A stretch of DNA of 28,939 bases from Octopus sinensis. Its lineage: Eukaryota. Below, one piece after another: positions 1 to 11,269 of this stretch. Location: contig NW_021833216.1 in NCBI RefSeq assembly GCF_006345805.1, forward strand, positions 1 through 28,939. The letters run 5' to 3'. The notes below the pieces were generated by a model, which saw only the letters and a list, made by a program, of their open reading frames with translations, did not search any database and was not told the origin of the DNA. Both the position numbers and the translations under genes were made by a program. Positions within the stretch are counted from its first letter, which is position 1; every line of letters starts with the position of its first letter.

Positions 1-335
1 CAACGCAGCTGACATGGAAGACCACGCATCTGCAATATTCAACAGCCTATGGCTTCTAGTCGACCTCCCAAACGGATTATCTACCCTACTAATAATTGTT
101 GACAACATGTGTATAATGAACCCTGCAATTCCTTGATAAAATTCTCTTCAGACCTTCATCCCTTTGTCACTACCTTCATTCATACCGATGCAGCTGCCAC
201 GAAGAAATCGGGCTTCGCCACTCCCCTTTCACGACCGACCGAAGCTCTCCGTCGCAACGCTATAACAGACACTGGATGCCAGTCGTGCCTGGCTGGACGA
301 GGTCTATGGAAACAGGGCCTGGACCAGCGTTGATG
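1..335 (+). mobile_element. Ty3/Gypsy LTR retrotransposon fragment (gag end and retropepsin-type protease), decayed
   Basis: ORF 109-333 contains NAITDTGCQSCLAG (DTG aspartic protease motif) preceded by HVYNEPC...SSDLHPFV, matching the gag-PR region of marine-invertebrate Gypsy elements as I recall them. Paralogous to 2586-2925. Confidence 0.85.
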
Positions 336-479
336 TAAACGATTTTATCTGCTTTGTATTGACATCGTTTTCAAAGGGAAATTATATTTAAACGCTTCCC
401 TACATCCCTTAGGAGGTAATTTGAAAAGATGTGAGATTTTTGCCTTACAATATCGTAAATGTGTCTTAAATGTGGCAGG
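1..479 (+). repeat. Diverged local duplication of 2586-3586 with internal deletions
   Basis: Collinear matches: caacgcagctga..gaagaccac, ctgcaatattcaacagcctatggcttct, aaacagggcctggaccagc, gtattgacatcg, aaagggaaattatatttaaa, tatcgtaaat.tgtcttaaat.tggcagg. Confidence 0.9.
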
Positions 480-599
480 CATAATGTATGAATCCAAGGG
501 TGTGGAAGTGAAGTCGACTCTGACAGAAAGGAAACTCCAAACATAAAGTCTGACAAAGTACAACTAGCTCGTGCACCTTTCTTTAAACACTCTCTCTCA

Positions 600-600
600 C

Positions 601-631
<31 letters not shown>

Positions 632-765
632 TGTATGTGTGTGTATGTATGCATCTGCACGTGTGTGTAGTGTTTGATTGAAGGTGTATGTATGCATGTT
701 CGTATGTGTGCTAGGAGTTTGTATGTGTGTATAGTGCGTGTATATGTATGTATGTATGTGTGTGT
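600..765. repeat. (TATG)n/(TG)n microsatellite
   Basis: Seen directly; explains ORFs 371-697 and 674-1018. Confidence 0.95.
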
Positions 766-1126
766 TATAGTGAGGTTTAGGGTTATGGCTATAGGGTTAG
801 TTGTCTCTTTGACTCTCGTACACGATTACTTTGACATACGTCCACCTTGTTCATCTTACAGCTGTTGCTCGTCATTCACTTTGTTGCCTCCATCTCTGTA
901 CTTAACTCTTTTCTTCCCTAATAAATCTTGTTCCTTTCGTGAAGTAGAAGACATCTTATTACATTTCACACCCCCTGTTAACAAATATTCAATCATGCCC
1001 AATTCACTACTACAATAGGAGAAATGTAACCAAGGAAGGCAATATGTAGCTCTTGTACTGTTAACTACATGATATAGTGATTTCTTGTTAAACATTCGTG
1101 AAAATATGTTTACATCATGAAAAGGA

Positions 1127-1790
1127 CTCTCTCTCTCTATCCGCTCAGTCGAAGTCGACTCTTGGTCACTCATTGGATCATTGTCCTCTAGTCAGTTCTA
1201 TCCTGGGCCGCTTCTTTCAGATTGGCTATGTGCATTCTGGTATCACTCTTGATGGTGTCAAGCCAGCGGGTTCTTGGTCGGCCTCTTCCTCTCTTGCCAC
1301 TGACCATTCCGAGCATGATGTTCTTTTTCAGGGATTTTCTCTGCATAATATGACTGAAATATGCCAATCTATGCTTCGTGATCCTAGCTTCTAGAGGTAT
1401 TTTCGGCCTTATCTGCTTAAGAACTCCTCGGTTTGGTGAGCCTCACTGTCCATGGAATCCATAAAAGTCTTCTCCAGCACCAAAGCTCGAATGCATTAAT
1501 TCTCTTCTGGTCAGCATAAGGAGAAGATATTTCTGATGTGTGATTCAAAAGTTTTTTTCGACCTTGTTTGTGAGATTCCGAAGTAAAGAAATGGTGGTTG
1601 AAGACGTAGGAAACAGAACTGTTTCTACTGGCTGTCAGTGCATTCAATACCGTAATATTCGCGAATTCGGGAATTCTCCTTCCACTAGTAGTTACAATTT
1701 TATTCGTTGATCCTTTTTTGCATCTAACTGTTGCCTTGCTTTGTAGACGTCACTGCCCATCGGAATGCCTGGCAATAAGTAGCTCCAATG
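1127..1790 (-). mobile_element. RTE-clade LINE 3' fragment
   Basis: Minus strand reads DQKRINAFELWCWRRLLWIPWT, then LEARITKHRLAYFSHIMQ...IMLGMVSGKRGRGRPRTRWLD...VTKSRLRL with frameshifts, ending in a (GA)n tail. These are RTE RT C-terminal motifs. Confidence 0.92.
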
Positions 1791-3180
1791 CAAGTCTCAT
1801 TCGAGAAGGTCTGCTGCCCCGTCATCCCCGCAGCTGGAACTAGCAAGAAACGGGCTTACTTTGAACTGAGATGTTCAAACTACACACAAGATAGTGGACT
1901 TAGGTGTAACGAAGTAGTCTTTCAGCTTTTCGAATGTTGCAATGGGACACTCAGAAAAGATTTTACATGGACATTCGGTGTGTTGGCCTCCAGTGATGAG
2001 CGAACTGTTCTCAATCACATTACGTCCATGGTTGTCCGCGAAGAAAATGTGATGGTCGTTCTTGTGCATGAAGGACAAATGCGCCTGGATCTGGAGGAAT
2101 CCGTTAGGACATTGACTGCATGTCGTCGATGGCAGTGTGCAACCTCAAAGTAGTATGCCCCTGGAACGTCATAGTTCGCGATGTTCTTGTAAGTGTGTCG
2201 GAGTACGAGGAGATACGCCTTGACACAATGGGTGACTGGAAGTAAGACATAACATTGGAAGAAGCTCCAAAGTACGTCGAGGCAAAAGAAAGTGGAGAAC
2301 TCTCAGCCAGCTGTCTCATGGGCCTTAGCACTACCCAATCACTGTGGCATTTAGTTCATATAAGGACCAGGAGCGGCAACGATTGGTCAATAAATCCGAC
2401 TAACTCCGTGATATACCCACCGCCAACCCCTGCATTCACTGCAGAAAACTCAATTACAGACGTCGTGTACAGGAATGCACGCGGAAATGCTTCACCTGCA
2501 ACCACAAATACGCTTGGTGTGTCATCCTGTATCAATATGAGAGTGTCTTCCGCCGATAACGCCGTCCTCATCAGCACGTTCAAACCAACGCAGCTGATAC
2601 GGAAGACCACACTTCTGCAATATTCAACAGCCTATGGCTTCTGGTCGACCTCCCTAACGAATCCTCTACTTAAGCTATGATTCTTGACCACCATATATAT
2701 AATGAACCCTGGTATTCGTGGGGGAAAAAGTTCTTCTGATAGCCATCATTATATCACTAACTTCATTCAAGCAGACACACTTGCCAGGAAGGCATCGGGT
2801 TTTGCCACTTCCCTTTCACGACCAACTCAATTTATCCGTCACAACGTTATGGCAGACACTGGATTCCAGTAGTGTCTGGTTGGACGAAGTATATCGAAAC
2901 AGGGCCTGGACCAGCTTCAATGTAAATTGGTCACGATGAAAATGAGTGCTGCTCACAACAGCTCAATAGATATCGTCAGTGTCCTAACCCTACATATATC
3001 AGGGACTACTCCATCATCTGTGAAGTGCACGACCCGTCTATTTGCCTACATCATTCCTTCAAGTGACAAACTTTTTCTTTCCAAGGAAGTGTGTTCCACT
3101 GTCGTGTTCTTCCTCTCAACTTCTTCAGAATTGGCGAAAGCTGTGTGAATGTAGTCATCCCGATGGTAACATCTCGAAAC
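1790..3180 (+). mobile_element. Ty3/Gypsy gag-protease fragment (pseudogenised)
   Basis: Across frames: FEKVCCPVIPAAGTS, FQLFECCNGTLRKD, VVREENVMV, EEAPKYVEAKESG, a decayed Cys knuckle (CIHC...CFTC), ILDHHIYNEPW, MADTGFQ, VTMKMSAAHNSSIDI, SSDKLFLSKEVC. Confidence 0.88.
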
Positions 3181-4639
3181 GATGTTATCTACTTCGTATT
3201 GACATCGATTGGAAAAAGGGAAACCAACCTATAGTATTAGGTTCTGTTGTGTAGAAAGGAAACGATTCAATGTATACATCAGAAAAGGGCAGATCCTTAT
3301 CCCATTTAATATTTTTGTTGGCGTACGGCACCACAAAAATTGTGTATAGAGTAGTTTATAATTATGTCCATCGTTTTTAAAGGGAAATTATATTTAAATA
3401 ATTAACATTTCAAAGTCATGGCAAGAGTTGTTTTTCTTGTTGGTTAAGGGAGTTAATTTGAAGTGTTTGGCACTTCCCCAATGTTGATTGTTAGAGTGAC
3501 CTCCCTTACAGTGGGATTTATATTTTTGAATTTTTATGTTAGATTTTTACATTGAATTATCGTAAATATGTCTTAAATTTGGCAGGTACACAGGGGTGTA
3601 CACATACATGATAAATTTATTGTGTAGTTTTAATAAAAGTTGGCCCCACATTGCTTGCATTTATATCTTTCCTGCGACATGTAAAAGTTTCCATTTGCAT
3701 AATGCTTGGCTGTAATATAAATGGTTTACAGAAAGAATTGCTAGTTGTCACTTCAAATAAAGAGTAGTGAACTGAAATTAAAGCCAAAATTTTCCTTTCA
3801 CTACTATTACGATGTTTTTCTTTTTTACTTTCAGAGTTAAAAAATGAATGATTACACTTATGGGTTTACATGCAGACTTTTGTTTACCTTATATCCTACT
3901 ATATGCTGGATATACACATTTCACGAAGCGGAGATTGACACAACTGTCTTCACACAACCTACATCAGATTACTCCACTAAACACAATTCTCCAATAAATA
4001 CAAACTCTGAACAACATCAACAACTTCCATGAACTCTTATGACTCTCTTTGTCTCAACCAATATGCTAGTTTTTGTTATAAGAGTTTTGCTAGTCCATTC
4101 ATCCAATCCCATAGGGGTGCCAATGACTTTCACCACAACAGTTTATACATGTAGACTTTTCTTTATACATGTGGATTTTACCAAACAAGTAGCCCCATGC
4201 GAAACTTCACCTGTAAGTACATACGTTTTTTGTTAATTTATTAAGTATTCTGTTAGTTAACTGTAGCTGTTTGTAAATTGAACACCTGTTTCTCTTTGTA
4301 TATTTAAAAATTTCTATAAGACATATATGTTTGCAAATGTAAAATACGTTTGTTTCCCAGTCTAGTTCTACTGTGTGGCATTTTGGGCAAGAGTCTTCGA
4401 CTATAGGTAGGGATCAACAAATGCATTTTTAGTGAAAGTGGTTGATGGGAACTATATGAAGCTTATTGCATGTGTGTGTATACACCATATCAATTATGTG
4501 ATGCATGTTATAGGTAACTGTTGACAAAAAGTGCAAAATACTCATTGAAAAATCAAAATAATTTAGAGTAATGTCAAGAAGGGATGTGGAATGGATAGTG
4601 AAAGGTCTGGCTTGGAAGGTGTCCCACAATATTGCAGCC

Positions 4640-5140
4640 TAGGCCTATGTGTCATCTTGCTACTGCAAGAGAGTACAGACCATTGAATGTTTGTGAAATA
4701 TTGGCATCTAAGATTATGAACTCTTTGGATTTATTGATTACCTTGATGTCAGTGAGATTGCCATTGTCAAACAAGAGATTTGTTACCTTAGTAAGTGTCT
4801 ACCCTCCAACCATGTGTTCCCCTGAAGAGAAAAAAAAGACTAATATTTTATCTTTCATGAAAAAAGCTTCTATGCAGTGTTCTTTCTGCTTATAAAATCT
4901 TCATATTTGGTGATTTCAATGAAAGCATTTGCAGAGATAAAAAAATTTGGGATATAATTGGGAAACATGAAGCCAGAAAATGCAATAGTAATGGCTTGTT
5001 TAGTACTGCAAATGTGTTCGATTTTTGCATATACTGGGTAACTGTCAATCTCCTAGTGTGGAGCATGCTGTATTTGAGCACCAAATATGTGGGAGTATTT
5101 ATGTGATCAAGATGAAAGGCAATTAGGTCTCTCATTAATT
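4640..5140 (+). mobile_element. RTE-clade LINE apurinic-like endonuclease fragment
   Basis: LMSVRLPLSNKRFVTLVSVYPPTMCSPEEK, then IFGDFNES...IIGKHEARKCNSNGL in other frames; matches the RTE/BovB-type APE domain. Confidence 0.85.
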
Positions 5141-5405
5141 TCTGTTTGGTGAGTTGGCCCTGAGGAAAAATCTAGGCAACAAATTGAAATCAAGGCATGA
5201 ATGCATTAGAGACACTTAGAGGATCTAGATCAAATTAGAGACAGTGAAAACATCACAAAGTTTTTGATGGAAAAAATTGTTTCATGTTGGAATGAGTGAA
5301 TTTGAATGAATGTCAATAAAATCTTAGTGTGCATGAAATGCTTGAGAGAGATTTTTGAAAAGGTCTTAATATTAATGTTTCCATTGTGTTTTGTTTCAAA
5401 AACTA

Positions 5406-6617
5406 CATAGACATGACAGAATTAAATAGACATCCTTATAATTGTTAAAATTTATTTAAATTATTTATTAATTATTATAATGTGAATATCTAATATTTAG
5501 TAGACAGGCTCCTTGCATTTTTGAATGCAAGGACCCTAGCAGGCATGCTACTGATCTGATGAATATTCTCTTCATGATTTTCTTGCCAAGTTTCTTGCAG
5601 TAATATCAAAAGATCTGGCTTTAAGGATGCTTTCTTCTTCATTTTAGGAAGTATCCCATCCATCATGCCTCAGAGGTGTTCAGTAGGGTTCATATCTGGT
5701 GATTGGCTTAGCTATGGAAGCTTTTTAATGCCATTCTCTTCCAACCAATCCTGGGTCTTTTAGTTGTGCAAGAAAGCCCTATCTTCCATAAATAGTGTTA
5801 TTTAATCATTTTACCCCTGGAGGTTATAGGAAGAAGATTTTTCTATAATGTGGACACATATTTATCTGAGTTTATGTATCCCTCACACTCCACCATTTCT
5901 GATTGACTATTGCTCCAAACTGCTCCCCAGACCATCACATGTTTCATTGTTGGCTGCAATATATTCACGTGAAAATATTGGTGACTGATTCTCCAGACCC
6001 ACATTCGACCAGTGTCAGAAAATACAGCAAATCTGGATTCATCAGAGAATTTGACAGTGTCCCAAAGTGCTAGTGACCTCTCTACTACATCTCACTTGTC
6101 CAATCTTTTCTCCATTTGATATTGGCTGGTCGAAGCAGTGTCTTCTTTCTTGCTGCTCTGCCATAATAGCCAATTTTGCAGAGATAACTGACAGCTATTC
6201 TGGGACTGACATCAACTTATTCTGCTATATTGGAGGCCTTGCAATGAGGATTATCTTACACACTTCTCTTAAGAAGCAAAGTGTTCTGTCAGAGGGCCTT
6301 AGTCTACCTGGGTAAGGTGATATGGACTACTTTCCCATTTAGTGAATTGAAAAATTACTCTATTTACTGTAGAAAGTGGAATCACAATGTTTTCTGTGGT
6401 TTTAGGCTAAGTCAGCCTTGAAATAGGCGCAGCATATGGCCTCTTTGTAAATTGGACATTTTTAAGGCTTCTTTTGTACATGGCATGATTAAACAGTTAC
6501 ATATAGAACCTGAAACATATAAATGTCAATTAATAAAAAAAATATAAACCTCTTCAAGTTATAATAACCATAAAACAATGTGTTAATGGGTATCTATTTA
6601 CTTTTGTCATGTTTGTG
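5406..6617 (-). mobile_element. Complete fossil Tc1-like DNA transposon (about 1.2 kb)
   Basis: Imperfect inverted repeats at 5403-5435 and 6588-6620 (26/33 matches by hand), with TA outside both ends (5404-5405, 6618-6619), enclosing a decayed transposase. Confidence 0.8.
5493..6481 (-). pseudogene. Tc1-family DDE transposase pseudogene
   Basis: GYYGRAARKKTLLRPANIK, WDTVKFSDESR, VMVWGAVWS, LFMED, and a frameshifted SQSPDMNP motif followed by the C-terminal STKY* end; many stops and frameshifts. Confidence 0.9.
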
Positions 6618-7362
6618 TACAAATGTATCATTTGTTAGAACTGCACTTTGAAAGAAAAAGAAAACCTTTAGTAGAAAATTAGCATTAGCTACGACAATGT
6701 TACCCAACTATTAAATCTTATATTTTTCAAACTCATGCTAGGATGGAAAAATGAACGTAGATATGAGACTTATTTTTACACATGTATTGATGCATATAAA
6801 ACATGAAATTATGTTTACATACTTAAATACTTGCAATTAATTCATTGTAAGAACATAGAAATTTGACAGGTTTTCTTGAGTTGTTGCTCATCTACAATAA
6901 TCTGATAAGTTTGAGGTTATTGTTGGTTGCATAAGATTGTCATTGAATTTTTCTCTCGACAGAAATCTAATCATTTTATCCATACTAGCATGGGTTTGTG
7001 TGTCATGTTAATATCTGTTTCAGTTTAATTCCCTCTGCAATAGTTTCTTTTTTTTTGTGTTTATGCAATATGGTACTTTCATAAAATACAGTCTTCCTCT
7101 TGCCTTACACAGTATTGTTTTAGTTTCACTTTACACAATTTTTCTCATTTTCACTTTATTCCTCAATTTTTCTTTTTGTTTTTGTTTTTACGAATTATAG
7201 AAGTAGTACTTGCTTGCTTCAGTTTCTCATTATATTTGTTAAATATTTTTGAATCTGAAATATTAAAATTGATTTCACTGGAAATGAAAATTCAATGTAT
7301 AAAATTAACTTTAAACTAGAAGATGTTCAGCATAAAATGCAAAAGTTTTACAAAAAGAATTG

Positions 7363-8207
7363 TCATCATCATTTAATTGGCTTGGGTTGGACAGTTTCAT
7401 CAGGGCTGGTAAGCTGAGGGTCTGCAGCAGACTCCAGTCTTGATTTGTCATTGTTTCTATGGCTGGATGCCCTTCTTAACATCAAGCACTCCATGAGTGT
7501 TGTGGGCAGGGGTTGTGAAAAAAATTAATTGATGGGAAATTAATTACAATATATTGTCTTCTAAGGCACGGCATGTCATGAAAGGTGTCTGTCATTAGTC
7601 ATTGCCTTTATAAGTTCCAACAGTCAAAGATCATGCATTACCACCTTGTCCAATGCCTTCTTATGTCTGCTTCTTCTGCCATGTAGCATAGTTGTCTGCA
7701 CAGGTATAATAAATCTGGCTTTCACTCTGAAGGAGAGACCCTTAGTTACCAAACAGAGGAAGGAGCTCTCTGAATTTGCTCTGCCTATTTTTATTCTTGC
7801 AGCCACACTCTTGGTTCATCCACCTCTGCTACTGACTTTGTTGCTCTCAACAATCTTTATCGTACTCCTCTGGTATTTGATGAAGCCCATTTTCTGTACA
7901 CTTTTAGTGTTTACTGTACATGTGCACTTTCCACATACAAAAAATATTTTCCCAGTTTACCTTCCTCTGATATTGCTACACCTATTATGTGTTATACAGA
8001 GTACATCTACCTACCTGTTTCCTTCATATTGAGGATGGCCATGTACCTGAAGGGCTTTACGATTTATCTGTTTTCCTACTTACTAAGACTTTGGGTTAGG
8101 GTTGGGTAGGTTAATTCTGTGACCTTTCAATTCTAGACCTTGCTTCCGTACGCACAATTTGTTCTCTAGTTCTGGTAGTGATTTAGCTATAAGAAGAAGC
8201 TCATTAG
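7363..8207 (-). mobile_element. RTE LINE 3' part (RT from the YADD motif to the 3' end with (TGA)n tail)
   Basis: ELLLIAKSLPELENKL...KQGLELKG, then LVTKGLSFRVKAR...VQTTMLHG. 3' UTR includes ggctggatgcccttc and ends at tcatcatcat (7363). Confidence 0.85.
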
Positions 8208-8394
8208 TAAATAAGTGTGAAAACTCTTTGCTTTCACAAACACTTTATGTACACTGATTGAAGCAATGAAAAAAAAGGTCCTCGGTATACCTGAAACGTG
8301 AAGGAAAATATTTGGATAATGAAACAAATAATGTATGGCTAATTGAATGTAATGTAATAAATGATAATATATGGGGTTCTGTTGTCATCCTCTA
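8208..8394 (-). repeat. 3' LTR
   Basis: Direct repeat of 9963-10146, roughly 75-80% identical by eye. Confidence 0.85.
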
Positions 8395-9962
8395 TGCCCT
8401 CCCCAATTCCTTTGAGAGAAGCAAAGAAGACTAATAATATGTATTAAATGATTAACGAAAATAATAATTAGTGCAAGAGACCCTTAATCAATATTGACGG
8501 TGTGACGATCAAGGAGCAACGTGTCAGTTGTGCATCAGGCTTTTGTGTCAGTCTTTGCGAGTCTGGCAGAGCGACAAACAGGACAATTGCTGGATGGAGG
8601 ATAAACTGCATCAGGCAAGGGTCACTTTTGGAAAGCAGGGGTTTCAAGGGGTGTTGGGGTATGACCACTTGTGGTAAAGGTGGGGTAAGTTGGCGTAGCT
8701 CTGTGGGTAGGCGGTGAGATGCATTTCTGGTCATGGTAATTTTGGAATCGGGAAGTGGGCATTGGTGTTGCAGCAAGTGCATGCAGCTGCATGAGGTGCT
8801 GTTAAAGTCGGTTGAGAAGGTAGTCTCATCACTGGTGTTGTGGATAGGGAACGCATGTGGTCCAGACACCATGAGCAGTGGGCCATGAGGAAGAAGCAGT
8901 AGATACTTCCAGAGGAATTTTGGCCTGATCCATCCACTCTCAACATGTACAGATCGAAATGACGTACATCTAAATGGCACCAGTTTTCCCCCCCATTTGT
9001 AGGATTGGGTCAAACTTGGCTCTGGATTAGGACATAGTTCGAAAGAAGTGAGCATGTGTGTTTTGACAACCGTTCAGTAGCACTCGTTGTGTTTACGCAG
9101 GTCTTCTTTTCAATAAGTCATAGTTTCATGCCATGTGGAATGTAGCTTGTACTTGCCGGGATGGATGGGAATAAAGTATTGTATAGGGCTGCCAAAGATG
9201 CACATGGCTGGGGACAAGTGTGTGTCCCAGTCAGGTGTATTTCTTTATTGTAGCATTGTGCACTGGAAATTGTCAGTGTTAAGGAAGCCATTGGTGTCAG
9301 TGTTGTCTGTAACGAGGCCCTTTATTGTCTCAATACTGACTTTGGCGCGCGGCAGTTGTCATGGGGAATGCAATGGCAGTGATTCTCCCCAATTGTGGAA
9401 GAAGGTACAATGTCAGCTCATAGCTGATAGGGCAGTGTTAAGTGCCTGTGCGCCATTCGATGCTCCTTTAAGATGGTTTTCCAGACCTGTTAGGACATAC
9501 CACCATTGTCTGTCACCAATTGACAGATGTACCAATGGGAATAGGCTTGATAACTCCAAGTGGAACATTCCGGTCGAGACCTGCTTTTACTTCCTCTTGC
9601 CAATGAACCAGGACTGGTATAGGCGTATGGGTGGGCGACTGGTTTAGCATTAAGCGGATCGGTTGGTCAGACATCTTGGAGAATTGCCGATGGTTGCAGA
9701 CGTTGAATGTGCTGGAGCTGTAGTATTGTAGCAGCTACTTCCTCAGGCGACAACGTTTTTCCTCAGTGGCTGGGAATGGTAGTGTAGTTGGAGGAGGGGG
9801 TTGTATTTGTTGTATGTGGCAGGTGCATACATTCTGGTCATTGTTGGCAGATGATCGATGAGGCTTGTCAGTACTCTCTCCCATGGATTGTTTACAGGCC
9901 AACTCATGGCACAATCAGGTGCAGGACAGGGTACGTTGGTCATACTGACTCGCTTTTTGTCA

Positions 9963-10146
9963 TAAATAAGTCTGACAACTGTTTGCTTTCACCAATATTT
10001 TACGCAGTCTGAAGCAATGAGTAAAGGGTCTTCAGTATACCTGAAATGTGAAGGGAAAGATGATGGATAATAAAATGAATAATATATGGCGAATTGAATG
10101 TAATGTAATAAATTGTAATATATGTGTGTTTAGTTGTAATCCTGTA
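9963..10146 (-). repeat. 5' LTR
   Basis: Direct repeat of 8208-8394; the gag ATG follows about 20 nt downstream on the minus strand. Confidence 0.85.
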
Positions 10147-10400
10147 ATCAGCATAGAGTTGCTAGGGTCTGCCTGTTTTATATTTATCTGTTATTACCTG
10201 AATGATTATGATACCAACAAAAGTCAAGTACATAGGTTTATACTTGGTTAGGTACTTCTCCTGGGGTTTCTTACCAGAAATATCATGACTGGTGTTTCTT
10301 CTCTGATAACCAACCAATTGCATCTCATCTAGATTAAGTCTTTTCCTAATTAGTTGGGCTATGATCCTCTCCGTGATTTTCATCATCTGAAGAAATTAGT
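10147..10400 (-). mobile_element. RTE LINE upstream RT part (same element as 7363-8207)
   Basis: MMKITERIIAQLIRKRLNLDEMQ...QEKYLTKYKPMYLTFV...IQVITDKYKTGRP*QLYAD; joins ELLLIA across the LTR insertion. Confidence 0.88.
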
Positions 10401-11269
10401 GCCAGTGCAAGCACTTTATTTTTAAAGCACACATCAGGCATATGTTAACATATCAGCAATGAGAAAGCGCTCTAATCGATGTCTACCTATATATATACAC
10501 ATATATGCAGGGTAGCCATGTAGCCATGCTTTTCTCTACAGCGACACACCTCTGCCTGTCTCTCTATATCATACTACAGGTTAGGATGAAACCACCTCTC
10601 TCACTACTAGCAGTCCACTCATCCTTGAAATTTACTTTTTAATTTTACTAGTGTCAGTGTTACCAAAACTTTTCTCAGACATAGAAACCATGTGAAAACA
10701 GACATTAGATGTACGTGTAGTAATTCATCTCAGATAGTGTGAAATAGTCCAACCCATGACAACATGAAAAACGAATGTTAAATGATGATGACACACATAC
10801 ACGTTAATTGTATTTCTTATATTAATTTCAATAATTAATTTGTTTCTATTTATAAATAAAAACAATTGATTTCGCATGAGAATGATTAGTTTGATGACTT
10901 GTGGAAGCAATGTACTGTGTAAATGTAAGGACACTGTATTTATTAAACAGTGTATATCATGATTCGACACAGATAAAACTTGACTTTCAAATGTTGGTTG
11001 ATATTTTGCTTGTTGTTTGCATATCATGCCTTGTATTATAGATCCCAAATGGCCAAAGGTAAGTGGTCTTTCTTATTTTGGTGTGGGTTTGCTGTTAGGA
11101 TTGGTTTTCAGAGTTTATCTATATTAGGGTCAGCTTGAGGATTTGTGAAGGGTTTTTAGAGAGAATAGTCAGTAAGAGATCAAAGTTTGAACTAGGGGTT
11201 GGGATTTGGGGTGATGAGGAGAGTAGAGATTGAACAGGTTTATTTATAGTGTTGATGACTGTTTTATAT

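Larger units (their letters stand above)
8208..10146 (-). mobile_element. Internally deleted Ty3/Gypsy LTR retrotransposon with both LTRs
   Basis: Minus strand: gag start MTNVPCPAPDC; PPPTTLPFPATEE...YYSSSTFN; RT start HTPIPVLVHWQEEVKAGLD..VPLGVI; integrase C-terminal part (RNTPD...LSPAMCIFG, RVDGSG). PPT-like aaaggaattggggaggg at about 8397-8413; TSD ATTAG 8203-8207 / ATCAG 10147-10151. Confidence 0.88.

Noticed and set aside
345-1018. ORFs 371-697 and 674-1018, and similar ones at 11912-12412, 12960-13332, 13896-14132, 19467-19673, 20523-20808, 23060-23765
   Set aside because: Low-complexity translations of (TA)n, (TG)n and (TATG)n microsatellites.
800-1125. ORF 856-1173 and the unassigned segment beneath it
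   Set aside because: No recognisable motif in any frame; the ORF start lies in the RTE tail.
5510-5533. Perfect 10-bp hairpin TCCTTGCATT/AATGCAAGGA as a terminator
   Set aside because: It lies inside the Tc1 coding remnant in eukaryotic DNA, with no support for function.
7646-8032. Hydrophobic 128-aa ORF resembling a membrane protein
   Set aside because: It is the antisense reading of the RTE RT remnant.
8468-9647. ORFs 8468-9055 (195 aa) and 9135-9647 (170 aa) as genes
   Set aside because: Frameshifted mosaic and antisense shadow of the Gypsy pol remnant.
8208-10146. Direct repeats as Penelope pseudo-LTRs with a hammerhead ribozyme (ctgaag...cttcag...ctgaaa)
   Set aside because: The internal sequence is Gypsy RT/integrase with a PPT and TSD, and no intact CUGANGA...GAAA core is present.
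11042-11058. 17-nt plus-strand micro-exon (tatAG...AAG|GTAAGT)
   Set aside because: The acceptor is weak, there is no partner exon, and GTAAGT also occurs by chance inside repeats in this window.
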